Assembly: GCA_038141425.1 (NCBI GenBank)
Contig: JAYQIC010000007.1
Coordinates: 75,554 to 139,553, forward strand
Source of the DNA: Rhodospirillaceae bacterium
GTDB lineage: Bacteria > Pseudomonadota > Alphaproteobacteria > UBA7985
DNA: 64,000 nucleotides
Direction of reading: 5' to 3'
The notes below the pieces were generated by a model. It saw only the letters and a program-made list of their open reading frames with translations, ran no database searches and had not been told where the DNA came from. How positions within the stretch are numbered: position 1 is the stretch's first letter; every line of letters begins with the position of its first letter. Shown piece after piece: positions 21,989-32,733 of this stretch. A program made the translations under genes and the position numbers.

Positions 21989-23074
21989 ATGGCCCAGGTA
22001 CAAGCCGAAATCGTTCTCCCCACGCAGGAACTCCGCGACGACATCCCGTTTTTCCAGAACGTTCTGGGGATGCGCATGGATACCATTTTTCCCGCCGATG
22101 ACCCGTCGGTGGCGGTGTTTTCCGGGCACGGCCTGCGGGTGCGGGTGGACAAGGACGCGACCACGCAGCCGGGCAAAATACGGATTCTGACCGAAGACCC
22201 TGAGACCTTTGCTGACGGCGCGACCAGCCTGACTGCGCCCAACGGCACCGAGATTGAAATCGCGCCGCTGAACCCGCCGCTGATCATGCCGGAGACCCAG
22301 CACAGCTTCATGGTCCGCCGGCTGGCCGATCAGGCACCTTGGGTGATCGGGCGCGCGGGCATGCACTACCGCGATCTGATCCCCGACCGCTTGGGCGGCT
22401 CCATCATTGCCAGCCATATCCGCATTCCCGATGGCGGGCCGGTGCCGGATTCCGTGCACTACCACACCGTCGGGTTTCAACTGATCTTCTGCTACCGCGG
22501 CTGGGTCGATCTGGTCTACGAGGATCAGGGCGAGCCCTTCCGTCTGTTCGCCGGGAACTGCGTGATTCAGCCGCCTGAAATCCGCCATCAGGTGCTCTAC
22601 GCCAGCGACAATATTGAGGTGATCGAGATCGGTGTCCCGGCGGAGCACATCACCACGCTCGACCACAGCATGAAGCTGCCGACCCCGGACTTCCACCCGG
22701 ACCGGGAGTTTCAAGGCCAGCGCTTCGTGCACCACCAGGCCGAAGACGCGGCGTGGCAGGACTTCCGCATCCCCGGCTTTATCTCCCGCGACACCACCAT
22801 CGCCGCCAACACCAAGAACGTTGCCGGGGTCGAGGTCGTGCGATCCAAGGGCACGCCGACACAGGCGACCCGGCATACCAGCGACATCCTGTTCACCTTT
22901 GTGATGGAAGGCGGGATGACGCTGCTCGGTGAGGACGGGGCCTCCCACCGGCTGTCGCCGGGCGATGCCTTCGTGGTGCCGCCCGACATGGTGACGACCT
23001 ACAGCGAGCCGAGCGAAGACCTCGAACTGCTCGAAGTATCCCTGCCCGGTGCCTTCGAAACGCATCTTGCCTAG
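21989..23074 (+). CDS. Cupin domain-containing protein (two-domain)
   Basis: About 360 aa; cupin beta-barrel blocks (HYHTVGFQLIFCYRGWVDLVYEDQG; HTSDILFTFVMEGGMTLLGEDG). Confidence 0.5.
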   Translation: MAQVQAEIVLPTQELRDDIPFFQNVLGMRMDTIFPADDPSVAVFSGHGLRVRVDKDATTQPGKIRILTEDPETFADGATSLTAPNGTEIEIAPLNPPLIMPETQHSFMVRRLADQAPWVIGRAGMHYRDLIPDRLGGSIIASHIRIPDGGPVPDSVHYHTVGFQLIFCYRGWVDLVYEDQGEPFRLFAGNCVIQPPEIRHQVLYASDNIEVIEIGVPAEHITTLDHSMKLPTPDFHPDREFQGQRFVHHQAEDAAWQDFRIPGFISRDTTIAANTKNVAGVEVVRSKGTPTQATRHTSDILFTFVMEGGMTLLGEDGASHRLSPGDAFVVPPDMVTTYSEPSEDLELLEVSLPGAFETHLA

Positions 23075-23130
23075 CGCTGTCTGAGCCGTCAGGCTGGCGC
23101 GAGTTTCAGACTGAGGGAGGGCTTGCGACG

Positions 23131-24265
23131 ATGAGCGACGTGACCCGGACAGACGTAATCGTGATTGGCGCCGGTATCGCGGGGGCTTCGGCCGCCGATG
23201 CGCTGGCGGCAGACTGCAATGTCGTGCTGCTCGAACGCGAACCCCAGCCCGGCTATCACACCACCGGGCGGTCCGCCGCGCTGTTCGCGCCGGTCTACGG
23301 GCCTGCCGCCGATCCGGGCGCTGACGCGCGCTTCCGCAGCCTTTATGTCCGGCCCGCCGGAGGGCTTTGCCGACAGCCCGATTTTGTCGCCGCGCGGTGC
23401 CCTGTTCATCGCGCGGGAAGACCAGCTGTCCGCGATGCAGGACCTGCACGACGAATTACGCGCCGAGGGCAATTTCGAAGAGCTGGACGAGGTCGGGATC
23501 CGCGCCTGCAGCCGCTGGTGAGTGAGGGCTACGCCGCTGCCGGGCTTTATAACGTAAACTGCGAGGACATCGACGTCGCGACGTTGCATCAGGGGTTTTT
23601 GCGCCGTGCCCGCGCCCGGGGATGCACAACCGTGACCAATGCCGAAGTGCTGTCGCTCGAGCAGCTCGGCGATGGCTGGCGGGTGCATACCACGGCGGGT
23701 CCGTTCGAAGCGCCGCGCGTGGTCAACGCCGCCGGTGCCTGGGCCGATGCGCTCGGGCAGATGGCCGGGGCCGAGCCCATCGGGCTGATCCCCAAGCGTC
23801 GCACCGCCATGCAGATTGCCGCGCCGGACGGAACCGAGGTTGGCGGCATGCCGATCGTGGTGGACGTGCAGGAGGAGTTCTACGTCAAGCCTGTCGCCGG
23901 GCAACTGCTGCTGTCACCGGCCAACGAAGACCACGACGTTCCCAGCGACGTTCAGCCCGACGAGCTGGACATTGCCATCTGCGTGGACCGGGTCGAGCGT
24001 GCCTTCGACTTCCGCGTCGGCCGGATTGAGACCCGCTGGGCGGGGCTACGCAGCTTCGTCGCCGACAAGTGCCCGGTTGCGGGCTATTCGGCCGAGGTAC
24101 CGGGCTTTTTCTGGCTGCGCGGGGCAGGGGGGCTACGGCATTCAGACTTCGCCCGCGCTGGGGGAGCTGGCCGCAGCGCTGGTGCTGGGCAAGCCGCTGC
24201 CGCAGGCCATGGTCGATGAGGGTGTCGATCTGGCATCGCTCGCGCCGGAGCGTCTTTCAGCCTGA
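23131..24265 (+). CDS. FAD-dependent oxidoreductase (DAO family), fragmented by at least 2 frameshifts (about 23290-23330 and about 23520; the end is also in another frame)
   Basis: N-terminal dinucleotide fold DVIVIGAGIAGASAADALA; collinear pieces in ORFs 23131-, 23165-23521, 23816-24265 (GYGIQTSPALGELAAALVLGKPLP). Confidence 0.65.
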
Positions 24266-24271
24266 ACCGGG

Positions 24272-25282
24272 TCAGGCGAGGCTGTCCTCGCCCTCGAACA
24301 GGCTGGGGTCGCGCAGCACCGCCGGGTCCAGCGCCCCGAGCCGCTCGATCAGCGACCGCACCATGGCCGCAACATCAGCGTGATTGGTGGTCGGCTGCAG
24401 CGCCTCATCGAGATAGAGGTCCCGTGACAGTTCAACCTGCAGCGCATGCACCCCGGCCTTGGGGTCGCCGTGGCGCTGGATGATGTAGCCCCCAGCGTAG
24501 GGCCGGTTCCATTCCACAATCAGCCCCGAATTCCACAGCCGGTGCAACACCGACAGCACCACCGGCTTGGCGCAGGTGGTGCCAAATCGGTCGCCGAGCA
24601 CGGCGTCGACTGCACCGGTCGAAAGCCCCTGTCCCTCGCCGGGGACGTGGCGCAGGCGGAAGGGGTTGCGGTCCCGCCGCAGCCCCCGGGTCGCCGAGGG
24701 CGACAGGCCCGGCATGGAATGGCAGTCGACCAGAATGGCGTGGCCAAACTGAGCGCAGGTCAGCCGCAGCTGCTCGGCCAACGCGTCATGGTAGGCGCGG
24801 TGAACTGTGTCCAGCCGGTGCTGCACTGTCTCCGCTGACAGCCGATGGTCGCCGTAGATGCTCTGTTTGCCGCCGATCAGCGTCGGCACCACGCCCAGCC
24901 CGGCCAGCACGCGCGGTGAGCGGTTTCGGTGGGGTGGCAGATCAGCGCCGTCGTCAAACAGGTCAGGGTCGAGCTCGTCCCGGTCGCGGTTCACATCGCA
25001 GTAGGCGCGGCTGTAGCCGCAGACGACCAGCGGCACGGACAGCGCCGCAGCGGCAGGTTCGACCAGGTCCAGCACCCCGAAATCAGTCGCCTGCAACAGC
25101 ACGTCTTCGTCGAGCGCGCTGGCTTGCCGCAGTTCCTCGGGCAGGAAGGTGCCTGCGTGCGGGCATGACAGCACCACAGGCAGTGATGGCTGTTCGGGCC
25201 GGACGACAGACACGGGCGGCGGCGATGACATGGCTGTCACCATAGGCGTGCGACGAAAAACAGGAAGCCGGAAAAAACCCAT
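24272..25282 (-). CDS. N-formylglutamate amidohydrolase family protein (second paralog in window)
   Basis: VVLSCPHAGTFLP and SRAYCDVNR motifs typical of the FGase family. Confidence 0.65.
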   Translation of the reverse strand: MGFFRLPVFRRTPMVTAMSSPPPVSVVRPEQPSLPVVLSCPHAGTFLPEELRQASALDEDVLLQATDFGVLDLVEPAAAALSVPLVVCGYSRAYCDVNRDRDELDPDLFDDGADLPPHRNRSPRVLAGLGVVPTLIGGKQSIYGDHRLSAETVQHRLDTVHRAYHDALAEQLRLTCAQFGHAILVDCHSMPGLSPSATRGLRRDRNPFRLRHVPGEGQGLSTGAVDAVLGDRFGTTCAKPVVLSVLHRLWNSGLIVEWNRPYAGGYIIQRHGDPKAGVHALQVELSRDLYLDEALQPTTNHADVAAMVRSLIERLGALDPAVLRDPSLFEGEDSLA

Positions 25283-25360
25283 GCCAAGGGATTGCCAAGC
25301 TCAAGGCTTGGGGCTAAGCCCCTTGTTCTGGCGACGGACCGCAGGGTTCGTGCTTCGGTT

Positions 25361-25435
25361 GGGCGGTTAGCTCAGCGGTAGAGCACCACGTTGACATCGT
25401 GGTGGCCACTGGTTCGATCCCAGTACCGCCCACCA
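25361..25435 (+). tRNA. tRNA-Val (anticodon GAC), CCA encoded
   Basis: GGGCGGT acceptor stem, GCTCAGCGGTAGAGC D-arm, anticodon loop TTGACAT, GGTTCGATCC T-arm, 3' ACCGCCCACCA. Confidence 0.9.
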
Positions 25436-25501
25436 TTTCCCTTTGACATCCCCGGACAGTGCTTCAAACCTCAGGGCCTCAATCTGCAGGGGGAACGCGC
25501 T

Positions 25502-26893
25502 GTGCCACGTCTCTGGATCAGGAATCCGCTGGCCGTCTTTGCCGAGCAGCCCGCCGATGGCGGCGTGGTGGTCGAAGGCGGGCGGATCGCCGAGTTGGTG
25601 CCCTTGGGCATGACCCCGGACCACGATCAGGTCTACGACGCCAGCGAGCAGGTGCTGATCCCCGGCCTGATCAACACACACCACCATATGTATCAGACCC
25701 TGACACGGGCTCTGCCCGGCGCGGTGGACAAGGAGCTGTTTGACTGGCTCAAGGCGCTTTACCCGGTCTGGGCAGGGCTCAGCCCCGACATGGTCTCGGT
25801 CAGCAGCGAACTGGCCATGGCGGAACTGCTGCTCTCGGGCTGCACGACGACCACGGACCATCACTATGTTTTCCCCGTCAGGGCACGACGACGCCATCGA
25901 CCGGCAGGTGGCCGCAGCGCAGGCGCTGGGGATCCGCGTTGTGCTGACCCGGGGTTCGATGAGCCTTTCGGTCGAGGACGGCGGGCTGCCGCCAAAATCG
26001 GTGGTGCAGGACGAGGACAGCATCCTCGCCGACAGCGCCCGGCTGATCGATCGCTTCCACGACGCTGATCCGCTGGCCATGACCCAGATTGCTCTAGCGC
26101 CGTGCTCGCCGTTTTCGGTGACCCGGGGGCTGATGCAGGCTTCGGCCGAACTGGCGCGGGCGCGGGGGTGCTGCTGCACACCCACCTCGCGGAGACCGAG
26201 GACGAAAACGCGTTTTGCGAAGCGACCTTTGGCTGCCGACCGCTGGACTATGTCGAGGACTGTGGCTGGCTTGAGACCAAGGCCTGGTACGCCCATGGCG
26301 TGCACTTCAATGCAGACGAGCGGGACCGACTGGCGCGCGCCGGAGCAGGGGTCGCGTCCTGCAGTCATTCCAACATGCATCTGGCCAGCGGGATCTGCTC
26401 GGCCTGCGAGCTGGAAACCGCCGGTGTCGGCGTCGGGCTGGGGGTCGATGGCTCGGCGTCCAACGATGCATCGAACATGATGCAGGAAGTGCGCGCAGCG
26501 TGGCTGCTGCAACGGCTGAAATACGGCTCTGCCGCGGTGTCATGGCGTGATGCGCTGCGCTGGGGCACGGCCGGGTCGGCGGATCTGCTCGGCCGTGACG
26601 CGCTGGGTCGGATTGCACCGGGCATGGCGGCGGACCTCGCGTTGTTCCGGTTGGATGAGCCGCGTTTCAGCGGGGCGGGGGATCCGCTGGCGGCGCTGGT
26701 GGTTTGCGGCGCACACCGCGCGGAGGCTGTCATGGTTGCGGGCGAATGGCGGGTGAAATCGCGCGCGCTTGTTGGTGCAGACCTTGCCGGCATCATGGCG
26801 CGCCACGGGCAGGCTGCAGCGGCGCTGCAGGCGGGTCTCTTAGGTGCACGGGTCCGGGGTAGGCATGGCGATTTCGAACGCGATTTGCACTGA
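25502..26893 (+). CDS. Amidohydrolase, 8-oxoguanine deaminase / TRZ-ATZ family-like; GTG start; two frameshifts (about 25860 and about 26100-26160)
   Basis: LWIRNPLAVF...VLIPGLINTHHHMYQTLTRALP metal-binding HxH block; collinear ORFs 25391-26068, 25740-26480, 26102-26893. Confidence 0.65.
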
Positions 26894-27167
26894 ATCACCA
26901 ATGACTTTGCATTGATCTGACGGCATTGGGTCGTCGGGCTGGCCGATCGATCCGCGGTCTCGGACGGTCAGCGGACCAGAGTCGTTGCGCTGCGGCACGA
27001 AACTGCGGCGCAAACGGACAAACCATAATGAGCTGTAAGTTGCACGTTTGCGTCGACAATTGGCTTTCGATGCCCTATTTGATCGCCTTGCTTTTGTGCA
27101 GGCTCGTGACGGGCGCTGCGGATGCAGGGCAAGGCGTCACAACTCACTCTGGCCGACAAGACGAATT

Positions 27168-27943
27168 ATGAACACAACGCCGACGTTGCAAGTAGAGAAC
27201 CTCGTCAAGACCTACGGGGGTGTCCAGGCGGTTCGCGGGGTCAGTTTTGACGTCATGCCGCAGACCATCGTTGGCCTGATCGGGCCCAACGGCGCGGGCA
27301 AGACCACGACCTTCAACATGATCGCTGGCGCAGAGAAGCCGACCGAGGGCCGTGTTGGTTCGACGGTGCCGAAATCACCGGCAAGCCGACCGACCAGCTC
27401 TACGATCGCGGCATTGTTCGCACGTTCCAGCTCAGTCATGAGTACGGAAAGATGACCGCGCTCGAAAACCTGATGGTCGCTGGCGCCAACCAGCCGGGCG
27501 AGAATATCTTCATGAACTGGATCGCCCCCGGTGCGGTGCGCCGGCGCGAGCGTGAAGTCCATGAGCGCGCCGAAGAGACGCTGGCGTTTCTCGGCCTGAC
27601 CCATGTAACCAACGAGCTGGCCGCTAACCTGTCCGGCGGGCAGAAGAAGCTGCTCGAGCTGGGCCGGACGATGATGACCGACGCCAAGCTGGTATTGCTG
27701 GACGAGCGGGGCGCCGGGGTGAACCCGACCCTGATGCTCAAGGTCATCGACATGATCCGCCGCCTGAATGAAGAGCGCGGCTATACTTTCTGCATCATTG
27801 AACACGACATGGATCTGATCGCCGACCTCTGTGACACGGTGGTGGTGCTGGCCGAGGGCCAGGTGCTGACGCGTGGTCCCATGTCCGATGTGCGCACTGA
27901 CGAGCGTGTGATCGATGCTTATTTCGGCGGAGACGTGGTTTGA
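27168..27943 (+). CDS. livG: Branched-chain amino acid ABC transporter ATP-binding protein; 1-nt deletion (TTT to TT) near 27355
   Basis: Walker A GPNGAGKTT, LSGGQ signature; frameshifted continuation in ORF 27452-27943. Confidence 0.85.
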
Positions 27944-27994
27944 CCCTAGACTTGTATCGGACACCACTGCGCTTCTATGGGAGGTCGCCGCAGC

Positions 27995-28717
27995 ATGGCT
28001 GAAGCCAAGAAAGTACTGGAACTGAGCGACATTCATGCGGGCTATGGAGACACCGACATCCTCCACGGCATCAACATGCACGTCTGCGACGACGAAGTGG
28101 TGGTGGTCATCGGTCCCAATGGTGCGGGTAAGTCCACGGCCGTGAAGGCGATTCTGGGCCTGCTCAACATCCGCCAGGGCGAGGTGCTGCTCAACGAGCA
28201 GGTGATCACCGGCACACCGCCGGAGAAGGTAATCAATCAGCGCGTCAGCTACGTGCCCCAGACCCACAACGTGTTTGTGAGCCTGACGGTTCAGGAAAAC
28301 CTTGAAATGGGGGCCTGGACCGTGCCCGAGGGCATGAACGACCGTATCGAGCGCATGTACGAGATGTTCCCCGATCTGGCGGAAAAGCGGCGGCAGGCCG
28401 CGGGTTCGCTGTCGGGTGGTCAGCGGCAGATGGTGGCCATGGCGAAGGCGCTGATGGTTGATCCGGAAGTGCTGCTGCTCGACGAACCGACGGCGGGTCT
28501 TTCGCCGCTGTATCGCTCGGTGATTTTTGCGGCCGTACAGTCGATCAAGGACAACGGCGTTCCGGTGCTGATGGTCGAGCAGAACGCCAAGCAGGCGCTG
28601 GGTGTCGCCGATCGCGGTTACGTCCTCGTCGACGGCAGCAACCGCCACACCGGCACGGGCCAGGAGCTCCGCGAAGACCCCGAGGTCGCGCGTATGTTCC
28701 TCGGCGCCCGGGATTAG
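27995..28717 (+). CDS. livF: Branched-chain amino acid ABC transporter ATP-binding protein
   Basis: GPNGAGKST Walker A, LSGGQRQM signature, 241 aa. Confidence 0.85.
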   Translation: MAEAKKVLELSDIHAGYGDTDILHGINMHVCDDEVVVVIGPNGAGKSTAVKAILGLLNIRQGEVLLNEQVITGTPPEKVINQRVSYVPQTHNVFVSLTVQENLEMGAWTVPEGMNDRIERMYEMFPDLAEKRRQAAGSLSGGQRQMVAMAKALMVDPEVLLLDEPTAGLSPLYRSVIFAAVQSIKDNGVPVLMVEQNAKQALGVADRGYVLVDGSNRHTGTGQELREDPEVARMFLGARD

Positions 28718-28732
28718 GGGAGGATCGCGACC

Positions 28733-29749
28733 ATGTGGGACGCCTTTGGCTTCGAGTTCATCAACTTCTACCTGATCCCCGGGCTGGTGCTTGGCTGCAT
28801 CTACGCGCTGGGCGCGATCGGGATTACCCTGACCTTCGGCATTCTGCGCTTCGCCAACTTCGCCCACGGCGAAGTGATGATGAGCAGCGCCTATCTGACC
28901 TATACCTTCATGGCGCTGGCCGCCGGGCTGGGGTTCAGCGTGGTGCCGCTGGTCGCGGCCATCCCGGCGGCGGTAGTGACCATCGGGATCGCCCTGGTGA
29001 TCGACCGGTTCTTCTATCGCCCCTTTAGAAAGAGCGAGACGATCATCATCGTGATGGCCAGCTTTGGCATGATGCTGATGGTGCGCGCGCTGGTGCCGGT
29101 TATCTGGGGCCCGAACCAGATCACCTTCGTCCGGGGCATCACCCCGATGAAGCCCTATCTGGACGGCATGCTGCTGGTGCAGGACAAGCAGTGGCTGATC
29201 GTCATGGGGACGATTGTGGTCATGACCGTGTTAAGCCTGATCATGAACTACACCCGCATCGGCAAGGCCATGCGCGCGGTATCCGACAGCCCTGATCTTG
29301 CTCGGGTGACGGGCATCAACGTTGAGACGGTGATCCGTGCAACGTGGATCATCGGTGGTTTCTGTGCCGCCGTGGCCGGGGTGTTCCTGGCCATGAACAC
29401 GCAGCAGCTGTCCGTGACCATGGGCTTCCGCATGCTGCTGCCCATGTTTGCTGCTGCGATCCTTGGCGGGATCGGCCGGCCGGTGGGCGCCATTGTCGGC
29501 GGCATGGTCATCGGCCTCGCCGAAGAGCTGATCGCCTATCCGTGGCAGGGTGCGGCCATGCAGGTGGTCTGGTGGTTCTCCGAGGTTATCAACGCAACCG
29601 GCATGACCGAGTGGGCCAAGGCCGTGCACAAGGAAGTGCGCAGCACGCCGCTGCTCAGCCCCGGCTACAAGGCCGGCGTTGCCTTCGGGATCATGGTGAT
29701 CATGCTGATTGTCCGTCCCGCCGGGTTGTTCAAAGGGAGGGTGTTCTAG
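28733..29749 (+). CDS. livH: Branched-chain amino acid ABC transporter permease
   Basis: 338 aa polytopic membrane protein, LivH-like. Confidence 0.8.
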   Translation: MWDAFGFEFINFYLIPGLVLGCIYALGAIGITLTFGILRFANFAHGEVMMSSAYLTYTFMALAAGLGFSVVPLVAAIPAAVVTIGIALVIDRFFYRPFRKSETIIIVMASFGMMLMVRALVPVIWGPNQITFVRGITPMKPYLDGMLLVQDKQWLIVMGTIVVMTVLSLIMNYTRIGKAMRAVSDSPDLARVTGINVETVIRATWIIGGFCAAVAGVFLAMNTQQLSVTMGFRMLLPMFAAAILGGIGRPVGAIVGGMVIGLAEELIAYPWQGAAMQVVWWFSEVINATGMTEWAKAVHKEVRSTPLLSPGYKAGVAFGIMVIMLIVRPAGLFKGRVF

Positions 29750-30839
29750 ATGTTTGAGTGGCTGCTCAGCGACCAGATGGTCGGCAACATGCTCTACGTG
29801 AACAGCCTGCTGCTCATGGGGGGATCTACGCCCTCATGTGTCTGGGCCTGAACGTGCAGTGGGGCTTTACCGGCCTGTTCAACGCCGGGATCGCCGGGTT
29901 TGCGGCCGTGGGGGCCTATACCTACGCGATTCTGACCACCTTTGCCTCCGGCATGCACATCGGGGGATACGAACTGCCGATCTGGGTCGGCATGCTCGCC
30001 GCCATGATCGCCAGTGGGATTATCGCACTGGGGATCGGGGCGATCTGTATCCGTCTGCGTGCGGACTATCTCGCCATCGCGACCATCGGCATCGCGGAGA
30101 TCATCAAGCTGATCCTCAAGAACGAGACCGCCATTACCAATGGCCCGCGCGGTGTCGCCAAGATCCCGCGCAGTTGGGAACACCTTGGCGATGCCCGGGT
30201 GGCTGAGAAGCTGCCCTGGCGGCTGTTCGGCGAGCCCACGGCCTACGAGGGCTTTTTCCGGGAATGGTACCCGCTGCTGTTCATGCTGACCGTGGTCGGT
30301 TTCGTGTTGCTGGTTTATCTGGCGCTGGAGATCGCGCGCACCTCGCCCTGGGGCCGGGTGATGACAGCGATCCGTGAAAATGAGGCTGCCGCCCGCGCTG
30401 CGGGAAAGAACGTGACCCGACTGCGGATCGAATCCTTTGTGGTCGGCGCGGTGATTATCGGACTCGCTGGTGCATTTTACGCGCAGCAACTGCGGTTTAT
30501 TGAACCTACCAATGCCTTTGACCCCACTAAATTGACCTTCCTTGTGTGGGTTATGTTGATCATGGGCGGCAGTGGGAATAACCGTGGCGCAGTCTTGGGT
30601 GGCTTGATGCTCTGGGTGATATGGTCGGGAACGGAGCTGGTTATCCGCTTCGGCGCCAATGTTCTTGGCGATGTTTTCCCGATTTGTCGCCCAGTGTGCT
30701 GGTCACCAAAGCAAGTTTCTTGCGCCTGTTCCTGATCGGGCTGATACTTCAGTTCGTCTTGCAGAGATTCCCGAAAGGGATACTACCCGAGGTGCGTCCC
30801 GCTGCCCTCGGGGGAAAAACCAACGAAGTGCGGGACTAA
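29750..30839 (+). CDS. livM: Branched-chain amino acid ABC transporter permease; frameshifts near 29820 and 30680
   Basis: ATG at 29750 overlaps the livH stop; collinear ORFs 29758-30735 and 30621-30839. Confidence 0.75.
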
Positions 30840-30859
30840 CGTCTTTGGAGGAAATACCC

Positions 30860-32053
30860 ATGAAAAAGACTCTTCTGGTAAGCGCAGCGGCACTGGCTTT
30901 CGCCTCTGTGGCTTCCGCTCAGGTCAAAGTCGGTAACCCGATGGCTGTTACCGGCCCGATCCCAGACCTCGTTGCCCCCATGGTTGACGCGGTAAACCTC
31001 GCTGTTGCTCACGTGAACGAGCAGGGTGGTGTTCTGGGTCAAGAATACGTAATGGTCGCTGCCGACTCGGGCTGTGATCCGGCTGCTGCCGTCGACGCCG
31101 TTACCAAGCTGGTGAACGTTGATCAGGTTTCCGCCCTCATCGGTCCGGTTTGTTCCGGCGCCACCATCGCGCAGGCAACTTCCGTTGCTATTCCTGCCGG
31201 TGTTGTGACCCTGTCTGTTTCTGCGTCTTCACCAGCGATCTCTACGCTGGAAGAGGGCACCGACCTGGTCTTCCGTACCGCTGCTTCCGATGCTTACCAG
31301 GGTGTTGCTCTGGCTGAGTTGGCAATTGCGTCTGGCCTCAGCGACATCGCTGTTTCCTACGCTCAGGACGACTACAACGCCGCTCTGGCTGCTGTATTCG
31401 CGGAGGCCTTTGCTTCCATGGGCGGCACCGTTACCGCGAACGAAGCACACGAGCCAGACAAGGCTTCGTACCGTTCTGAAGTTGCCACCATGGGCTCCAC
31501 CTCCGACAATCTGGCGCTATTCGCGTACTATGGTTCCGGCGGTATCACCCTGATGCGTAACGCTCTGGAAACCGGTGCGTTCTCGACCTTCATCGGTGCT
31601 GACGGCATGCTGTCTCAGGAAACCATCGACCAGATCGGTGGCGAGAACATGGGTGCTGCGACCTTCACCACCTCCGCTTCTGACCAAAGCCGGGCTGGGT
31701 TTGTGGCGTGGGCAGCACTGGCTGAAGCTGCTGGTGTACCAGCGTCCGATCCGTTCGTTGCAAACTCCTACGATGCAGCCTTCATGATGGCTCTGGCGAT
31801 CGAAGCGGCTGGCTCTGCTGACCGTGACGGTATCGCTGCTGGTCTGCGGGCGATCTCCGGCCCAGACGGTGAAACCATCTACCCTGGTGAATTCGCTAAG
31901 GCGAAGGAAATCCTCGCTGCTGGTGGTTCCATCAACTACGACGGGGGGTCCGGCCCACAGGACTTCGACGGTAACGGCGACGTTGCTGGCTTCTTCAGCG
32001 CGAACGTTGTTGTGCCTAAAGGTTCTGCAGACCAAGCTGACCATCGGGTCTAA
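30860..32053 (+). CDS. ABC transporter substrate-binding protein (Leu/Ile/Val-binding family). Possible frameshift near 32010; an alternative end at 32099 gives C-terminus ...SYDPDYVWSSTLLK.
   Basis: Signal peptide MKKTLLVSAAALAFASVASA, GGAG RBS, periplasmic binding-protein type-1 fold-like sequence. Confidence 0.75.
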   Translation: MKKTLLVSAAALAFASVASAQVKVGNPMAVTGPIPDLVAPMVDAVNLAVAHVNEQGGVLGQEYVMVAADSGCDPAAAVDAVTKLVNVDQVSALIGPVCSGATIAQATSVAIPAGVVTLSVSASSPAISTLEEGTDLVFRTAASDAYQGVALAELAIASGLSDIAVSYAQDDYNAALAAVFAEAFASMGGTVTANEAHEPDKASYRSEVATMGSTSDNLALFAYYGSGGITLMRNALETGAFSTFIGADGMLSQETIDQIGGENMGAATFTTSASDQSRAGFVAWAALAEAAGVPASDPFVANSYDAAFMMALAIEAAGSADRDGIAAGLRAISGPDGETIYPGEFAKAKEILAAGGSINYDGGSGPQDFDGNGDVAGFFSANVVVPKGSADQADHRV

Positions 32054-32099
32054 GTCCTACGACCCAGACTATGTTTGGTCGTCCACGCTGCTGAAGTAA

Positions 32100-32733
32100 G
32101 TCGCTAGCTTTTAGAAGAGGTGTCGGGTGCAATCCCGGCGCGGTGGTGGCGCTGGTCCTCGCGAGGGGGTCAGCGCCGCTTTCTTTTTGGGGACGACCTG
32201 TCGCGGATTGTGAGCGTGAGAGATTTGTAAACCACGAAGCGGCGTCAAATCGAGCGCGCCACGGTAACCTTGCGTGCTGGAGTGGCTCACTTTTCCGACA
32301 CGGTGAGTGGCGCGCTCGGACCTTGGCCGCTTCGCGGCCTTCGGTCCTCCCACGCGCAACTTCTTTTTTATTGGCTCGAATTGGGGTTGCCGTTACGCCC
32401 GGAACAGGTTGCGCCGACCTTGTCTCGACCGCTTCGCGGTCTTCGCCAAGGCGTCGCGCAAACAAGAATGAGAGACGCCACGCCGAGCGGAGCACGGCGT
32501 GTCTGTTTAATTGCGCGGATTTGAGCCGCAGGCCGCGAAGCGGCCCAGGCTCAAGTCCGCAACCTGAGGCCTTTGCGCCGGAGCAAGACGCGTTGCGTAG
32601 GTGCAGAAAAGGACCTACTGGTAACCATAAAGTTCCGCACTGACACGCCGGTGACGCTCCGGCGCAAGAACCCGGGCGCAGACCTGCTTGGCTGGAGCTC
32701 AAACAGTACAACCAGAGCCAGAAGGGGCCGAGC
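32100..32733. repeat. Intergenic repeat region A: hairpin-rich composite repeats sharing modules with 35165-35881 and 62200-62700
   Basis: 47-nt block 32414-32460 identical to 62333-62379; 43-nt module 32220-32262 recurs at 62594-62636 and inverted at 35449-35486; multiple GC-hairpins with GAA/TTC triloops. Confidence 0.6.

Noticed and set aside
21201-22190. 329-aa plus-strand ORF spanning the AT-rich intergenic region and the GNAT gene
   Set aside because: Antisense to a motif-supported GNAT gene and reads through an intrinsic terminator; composition not protein-like.
25367-26512. 381-aa minus-strand ORF overlapping tRNA-Val and the deaminase gene
   Set aside because: Overlaps a tRNA and a motif-supported plus-strand gene; low-complexity translation.
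32100-32733. Possible CRISPR array in the repeat-rich intergenic regions (also 35165-35881, 62200-62700)
   Set aside because: Repeats are not regularly spaced, not identical in length, occur in both orientations, and there are no cas genes. They behave like REP/MITE-type modules instead.
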